NCBI GenBank assembly: GCA_017483145.1
Contig: JAFULT010000020.1
Location: 1 to 48,288, forward strand
Direction of reading: 5' to 3'
Length of the DNA stretch: 48,288 nt
DNA from: Oscillospiraceae bacterium
Lineage (GTDB): Bacteria > Bacillota > Clostridia > Oscillospirales > Ruminococcaceae
Shown here piece by piece: positions 43,990 to 48,288 of the stretch. The position numbers and the translations under genes were made by a program. The notes below the pieces were generated by a model that saw only the letters and a program-made list of their open reading frames with translations, was not told the origin of the DNA and did no database searches. The stretch's first letter is position 1, and every line of letters begins with the position of its first letter.

Positions 43990-45099
43990 TTAATAATACA
44001 TATACAGCTGGCAAGGAATCATGCCGTTGTACAGTTTTCTTCTTTTGTTGGCTTTTTTGCCATAGTTTGTTTCAAATTCGCTGTCTGCAGTAATGATATA
44101 TGCAGCTTTTACAGGGTTGGCTGTCAGCTGGCGGGACAGTATCATTTCCAGCTTTGTGGCTGTTTCAATATCTCCCAGTCTTTCGCCGTATGGTGGGTTT
44201 GTGATTACCACTGTGTTTTCTTCCGGTGAAAAGTTCTTTACATCAGCTTCAAAGAATTTCACATATTTGGCAACACCGGCTTTGTCAGCGTTTTTCTTTG
44301 CAATTTCCAGCACCAGCGGGTCAATGTCAAAGCCGTAAGCACGGAAGTCTGCATCCTTAATGATTGCATCCTTTGCTTTCTGTCTTTCTTCTGTCCAGAT
44401 TTCTTTGTCGATAAAAGCATAGTTTTCAGCTGCAAATTTTCTTTTCAGACCAGGAGCAATGTTCAGCGCTTTCTGTGCTGCTTCAATCAGCAGAGTGCCG
44501 CTGCCGCAGAACGGGTCCTGGATAACGCTGTCTTTTCTAACTCTTGCCAGGTCAACAATGGCTGCTGCCAGTGTTTCCTTGATTGGTGCTTCACCGCTGT
44601 GTCTGCGGTAGCCGCGTTTGTGCAGACCGTCCCCTGATGTGTCCAGCATTACACTTACCACATCTTTTCTGATGGAAAAGCGGATTTTGTACAGATTGCC
44701 TGTTTCCGGCAGGATTGTTGTTTTGTACTGTTTGCGCAGTTTTTCAACAATAGCCTTTTTCACAATGCTCTGGCAGGCAGGCACGCTGGACAGTGTGGAA
44801 GACAGGGAAGACCCTTTTACAGGGAACTGGCAGTCCACAGGCAGTATTGTCTTCCAGTCAATGGCGTTTACACCGTCAAACAGTTCGTCAAAAGTTTTTG
44901 CCTTGAATTCTTTCAGCAGAATCAGCACTCTTTCTGCAGTGCGCAGGTTTATGTTAGCGGCTGCGATGGTGTGTTCATCCCCACGGAAGATAATTCTGCC
45001 GTCAGACACCTGAATATCTTCGCCGCCTATTTTCTTTATCTCATAGTTCAGCACGCTTTCTGTGCCGAAATAACAAGGAGCAACAAGTGTATATTTCAT
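43990..45099 (-). CDS. THUMP-domain class I SAM-dependent RNA methyltransferase (RlmL/YpsC-like)
   Basis: 369 aa with an AAGGAA RBS. SAM motif DPFCGSGTLLIEAA and catalytic ITNPPYGERLG. Confidence 0.8.
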   Translation of the reverse strand: MKYTLVAPCYFGTESVLNYEIKKIGGEDIQVSDGRIIFRGDEHTIAAANINLRTAERVLILLKEFKAKTFDELFDGVNAIDWKTILPVDCQFPVKGSSLSSTLSSVPACQSIVKKAIVEKLRKQYKTTILPETGNLYKIRFSIRKDVVSVMLDTSGDGLHKRGYRRHSGEAPIKETLAAAIVDLARVRKDSVIQDPFCGSGTLLIEAAQKALNIAPGLKRKFAAENYAFIDKEIWTEERQKAKDAIIKDADFRAYGFDIDPLVLEIAKKNADKAGVAKYVKFFEADVKNFSPEENTVVITNPPYGERLGDIETATKLEMILSRQLTANPVKAAYIITADSEFETNYGKKANKRRKLYNGMIPCQLYMYY

Positions 45100-45313
45100 T
45101 CAATGTTCCTTTCCATTATGGTTACAAATAAAACTCATATCTAAATAATTATAAATTAACAGCTGATTATTTGCAATAATAATTTTACAAAAAGCCGCAT
45201 ATCATTGACTTTTACCGATATATATGATAATTTATTAATGTTAAGATATGTGTTGAAGCTTTTTTGCTGTTACATATATCTTTTTTTGTTATTTTATCTT
45301 TCTGGAGGTAAAT

Positions 45314-46681
45314 ATGTTTAAAGATAAGTTTCTGTTTGAAAAAACCTTTTTCAAACAGGTTTTTGCTATAGTTCTGCCTATGGCGCTGCAGAACGTAATC
45401 AGCTTTGGCGTAAATGCCATGGACAGCATTATGCTGGGGTCTTTGGGTGATATTGCCGTTTCCGGTGCCAACCTGGGCGGCCAGCCGTTTTTCCTTATGT
45501 CTATGGTTGGTTTTGGTCTGGCCGGCGGCGGTTCTGTGCTGATTTCACAGTACTGGGGCCAGGGCAACAAAGAGGTTATCCGCAAGGTAATGCGCATATC
45601 AATGCTGGCCATCACAGTTGTGGCTGCACTGGCCGCTGTGCTGTGTTTCTTTTTCCCTTATCAGGTAATGAGTCTGTACACACACGAAGCCGAAGTACAG
45701 CAGGCAGCTGCAGGCTATCTGCGTGTGATTTCAATCGGTTTTGTGTTTTATGCAGTTGCAAACAACTATATGAACAGCCTGCGCGCTGTGGAAAATGTAA
45801 AAATGTCCACAATCGTGTATGCGATGTCATTTTTTGTGAATGTTTTCTTCAACTACATTTTCATCTTCGGTAAATTTGGTGCACCTGAAATGGGTGTTGT
45901 TGGTGCCGCAATGGGCACCACAATTGCACGTATTTTTGAATTTGTATGTGTTACATTCTATATGTATTTTGTGGAAAAGAAAATCGGCTACAAAATGCAT
46001 TGTATGTTCAAAATTGATATGGAACTGGTGCCGGACTTTATCCGTTATGCCCTGCCGGTTATCGGCAATGAAATGATATGGGGTCTGGGTGCTACAGTTA
46101 CCAGCATGATTATGGGCCGCATCGGCTCCACATTTGTGGCGGCAAACAGCATTGTAAATGTTGTTGCACAGCTGGCACAGGTGTTTATCTTCGGCATTTC
46201 CAACGCTGCAGCGGTAATATGCGGCAAAACAATCGGGGAAGGTATGCGCGACAGGGCACAGAAGGCAGCCCACACACTGCTGCTGATGGCATTTGCCTTT
46301 GGCATAATCAGTGCGGCGGTAATTCTGCTGTTGAGAACCCCATTCCTTACAATTTACGACATTACCCCGCAGGCAAAAACATCTGCCTACAATATGATGT
46401 TTGTGCTGGCACTTACACAGCCTATTGCCGCTATTGATATTATCAGTATTATCGGTATTCTCCGCGGCGGCGGCGACACCAGACTGGCCCTGGCCCTTGA
46501 CGGCGGCGGTATGTGGATAGTAAATATCCCGATGGGCATTCTTACAGGTCTGGTGCTGAAAATCCCTGCACAGTGGATTTTCCTTTCAATGCGCAGTGAC
46601 TCCTTTGTGAAAATTTTTATCGAACTGAAAAGAATTACCAGCGGCCGCTGGATAAGGTCAGTTACACGTGATGATGCATAG
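45314..46681 (+). CDS. MATE-family efflux transporter
   Basis: 455 aa with a GGAGG RBS and 12 TM segments. N-terminus LPMALQNVISFGVNAMDSIMLGSLG is typical of MATE. Confidence 0.85.
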   Translation: MFKDKFLFEKTFFKQVFAIVLPMALQNVISFGVNAMDSIMLGSLGDIAVSGANLGGQPFFLMSMVGFGLAGGGSVLISQYWGQGNKEVIRKVMRISMLAITVVAALAAVLCFFFPYQVMSLYTHEAEVQQAAAGYLRVISIGFVFYAVANNYMNSLRAVENVKMSTIVYAMSFFVNVFFNYIFIFGKFGAPEMGVVGAAMGTTIARIFEFVCVTFYMYFVEKKIGYKMHCMFKIDMELVPDFIRYALPVIGNEMIWGLGATVTSMIMGRIGSTFVAANSIVNVVAQLAQVFIFGISNAAAVICGKTIGEGMRDRAQKAAHTLLLMAFAFGIISAAVILLLRTPFLTIYDITPQAKTSAYNMMFVLALTQPIAAIDIISIIGILRGGGDTRLALALDGGGMWIVNIPMGILTGLVLKIPAQWIFLSMRSDSFVKIFIELKRITSGRWIRSVTRDDA

Positions 46682-46715
46682 ATGTGAGTTTTGTGCATAA
46701 TAATACAAAATTTGT

Positions 46716-46744
46716 TTGACAGTAGAATAATTTTTGTATATAAT
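46716..46744 (+). promoter_or_regulatory. Consensus sigma-A promoter for the sigma-factor gene
   Basis: TTGACA (46716-46721), 17 nt, TATAAT (46739-46744). Confidence 0.65.
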
Positions 46745-46778
46745 ATATAGTGTAAAATAATACGAAAATGGTACAAGT

Positions 46779-47315
46779 ATGCAAGATATCTCCATAAAAA
46801 ATCTTGAAAATGCAAAGGCCGGCAATGCAAAGGATATACAGATTATATACGATGCATTCAGACCGGCGGTGTATTCTTGTGCTGCCAAGCTGCGTAATGA
46901 TAATTTTGATTTTGAAGACGCAGTGCAGGAAGGTAATATAGGGCTATTCAAAGCTATTTTAAGCTACCGTGAAAACAAAGGTGCTTCTTTTGCTACCTAT
47001 GCTAAAAAATGTATTTTGAACAATATGTTATCCGCAAGGCAGGCGGCCACAGCGCAGAAACACGCTGTGCTGACAAATGCGCTGCCCCTTGATGAAAGTA
47101 TTCTTTTGCCCAGTTTTGAATCTGATTTTATAAACAGGGAACAAAACAGGGAATTTATCCGTATTGCAAAACAGAAACTGTCTGCTTTTGAATTTCTGGT
47201 TTTCAGCCTTTACACCATGCAGTATTCCTATAAAGAAATTGCAGCTGTGACAGGCAAAAGCGAAAAATCTGTAAACAATGCAATACAGAGAATTCACTCC
47301 AAACTTCGTAAATAG
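46779..47315 (+). CDS. Sigma-70 family RNA polymerase sigma factor (regions 2 and 4 only)
   Basis: 178 aa. Region 2 FEDAVQEGNIGLFKAILSYRENKGASFATYAKKCILN and region 4 YSYKEIAAVTGKSEKSVNNAIQRIHSKLR. The RBS is weak. Confidence 0.7.
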   Translation: MQDISIKNLENAKAGNAKDIQIIYDAFRPAVYSCAAKLRNDNFDFEDAVQEGNIGLFKAILSYRENKGASFATYAKKCILNNMLSARQAATAQKHAVLTNALPLDESILLPSFESDFINREQNREFIRIAKQKLSAFEFLVFSLYTMQYSYKEIAAVTGKSEKSVNNAIQRIHSKLRK

Positions 47316-47422
47316 GCACGCTGTGCTTATTGATATCCAGGCGCGTTTTTAAGCGCAATCCACGTTGGTTTAAATTCACTCCTGGCTAAAAATACATTTT
47401 ATTTTGAAGGAGAAAATCACCA

Positions 47423-47701
47423 ATGTACCAGGACAAAACTTTAGTATGCAAAGACTGCGGCAAAGAATTCGTATTTACAGCAGGCGAACAGGCATTTTAT
47501 GCAGAACGCGGTTTCGAAAACGAACCACAGCGTTGCAAACCTTGCCGTGACGCAAGAAAAAACCAGGTAAAAGGCACAAAAGAATACTTTACAACAGTTT
47601 GCGCAAACTGCGGTAAAGAAGCAAGAGTACCTTTCCGTCCAAGAGAAGACAGACCGGTTCTGTGCAGCGAATGTTTCGCAGCAAAACAGGAAGGCAAATA
47701 A
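47423..47701 (+). CDS. Zinc-ribbon protein with two CxxC...CxxC units
   Basis: 92 aa with a GAAGGAG RBS. CKDCGKEF...CKPC and CANCGKEA...CSEC form an internal duplication. Confidence 0.7.
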   Translation: MYQDKTLVCKDCGKEFVFTAGEQAFYAERGFENEPQRCKPCRDARKNQVKGTKEYFTTVCANCGKEARVPFRPREDRPVLCSECFAAKQEGK

Positions 47702-47716
47702 TTTCTGTAAATAATT

Positions 47717-47746
47717 ACACCACCTCTGCTGAGGTGGTGTTTTTTT
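47717..47746 (+). terminator. Rho-independent terminator
   Basis: Perfect 10-bp stem acaccacctc/gaggtggtgt followed by TTTTTT. Confidence 0.8.
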
Positions 47747-47750
47747 GCTG

Positions 47751-48101
47751 TTATTCATCCAGTCGGGGGTATGTTGCCGGCGGTTCGTTGTACATGCCGT
47801 CAATACTCCGCCATTGGGAGTTGTATATAATAAGATACACACTGCCGTTCTTTTTGTAATGATATTGATATATCCTGCCCGGGTCATTTTTATATGTCAC
47901 ATAGATATAATGCCCGTTCTGCGTCCAGTCTTTTTTTGCCTGTCTGCTTTCAATCCGGGAAAAGTCCACTTGCTGAAGATGCATATATTCAAATACGGCT
48001 GTTTCTGCCATTGCCCTTTGTACAGGGAAGTAATAAAGATATATACCCGCCAGCAGGGCCAGTATAAATATTCTGATTTTCTTTTCAGATGTGTTTTTCA
48101 T
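47751..48101 (-). CDS. Small membrane-anchored protein, function unknown
   Basis: 116 aa with an AAGGAGG RBS. One N-terminal TM (IRIFILALLAGIYLYYF). Confidence 0.6.
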   Translation of the reverse strand: MKNTSEKKIRIFILALLAGIYLYYFPVQRAMAETAVFEYMHLQQVDFSRIESRQAKKDWTQNGHYIYVTYKNDPGRIYQYHYKKNGSVYLIIYNSQWRSIDGMYNEPPATYPRLDE

Positions 48102-48147
48102 AAGCTGGCCTCCTTGTCGGTAAAAAATGGCTGATAGTGCATCTGTC

Positions 48148-48288
48148 AGATAAATTGGGATTTAGCGAACAGAAAGGGGTTCGGGGAAATACTTTCCCCG
48201 AATATAAATGGCGTAGTCTGCGGAGAGCAAAAATATTTCAAGGGCTTTAGCAGGTTGAAATATTTTTGCGAAAATCGCGAAGAAATTT
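48148..48288. repeat. Right arm of the perfect 141-bp terminal inverted repeat (partner 1..141)
   Basis: Exact reverse complement of bases 1-141. Confidence 0.95.

Noticed and set aside
47316-47422. Possible structured leader (ccaggcgcg...gcgc...cctgg) upstream of the zinc-ribbon gene
   Set aside because: The helices are short and I recognise no riboswitch consensus. I cannot distinguish it from chance pairing by eye.
1-48288. Looked for CRISPR arrays, transposases, integrases, phage structural genes, restriction-modification genes and known defence genes
   Set aside because: I saw no repeat-spacer arrays and no ORFs with recombinase, transposase or phage motifs. The THUMP methyltransferase is an RNA-modifying type, and RmuC occurs alone.

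Overview
This 48.3-kb window looks like an ordinary chromosomal segment of a low-GC, spore-forming Firmicute (Clostridia-like). That taxonomy is inferred from the yabM-mazG-hup-yabO-yabP-yabQ-divIC synteny, AGGAGG-type ribosome-binding sites and sigma-A consensus promoters. I support about 46 protein-coding genes, 5 tRNAs (Leu-GAG, Leu-CAA, Trp-CCA, Asp-GUC, Thr-GGU), one lysine riboswitch with its terminator, and several promoters and rho-independent terminators.

Gene content is rich in peptide, amino-acid and nucleoside salvage: three M20 peptidases/amidohydrolases, an M19 dipeptidase, pyroglutamyl peptidase, SppA and four IUNH-family nucleoside hydrolase genes. It also holds a pyruvate formate-lyase locus, transporters (NhaC-type, MFS, MATE), two sigma factors, seven GNAT acetyltransferase genes and a conserved sporulation/division cluster. 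I found no CRISPR array, transposase, integrase or phage structural gene.

Observations worth a second look:
1. The window ends are a perfect 141-bp inverted repeat.
2. Both tRNA-Leu genes are followed by a terminator, an inverted partial copy of the tRNA T-arm, a spacer, a 17-19-bp direct duplicate of the tRNA 3' end, and a second terminator.
3. One of those spacers is packed with seven short perfect palindromes.
4. Five divergent GNAT paralogues sit in tandem next to an XRE regulator and a 17-bp palindrome.
5. Pyruvate formate-lyase is split into a 700-aa catalytic ORF and a separately translated 80-aa glycyl-radical ORF.
6. A YD-repeat lipoprotein, a VanW protein and a large YD/TPR-like protein form one cluster.
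7. A degenerate nucleoside-hydrolase paralogue lies beside an intact one.

All functional calls rest on motifs I recognised by eye. No database search was run.
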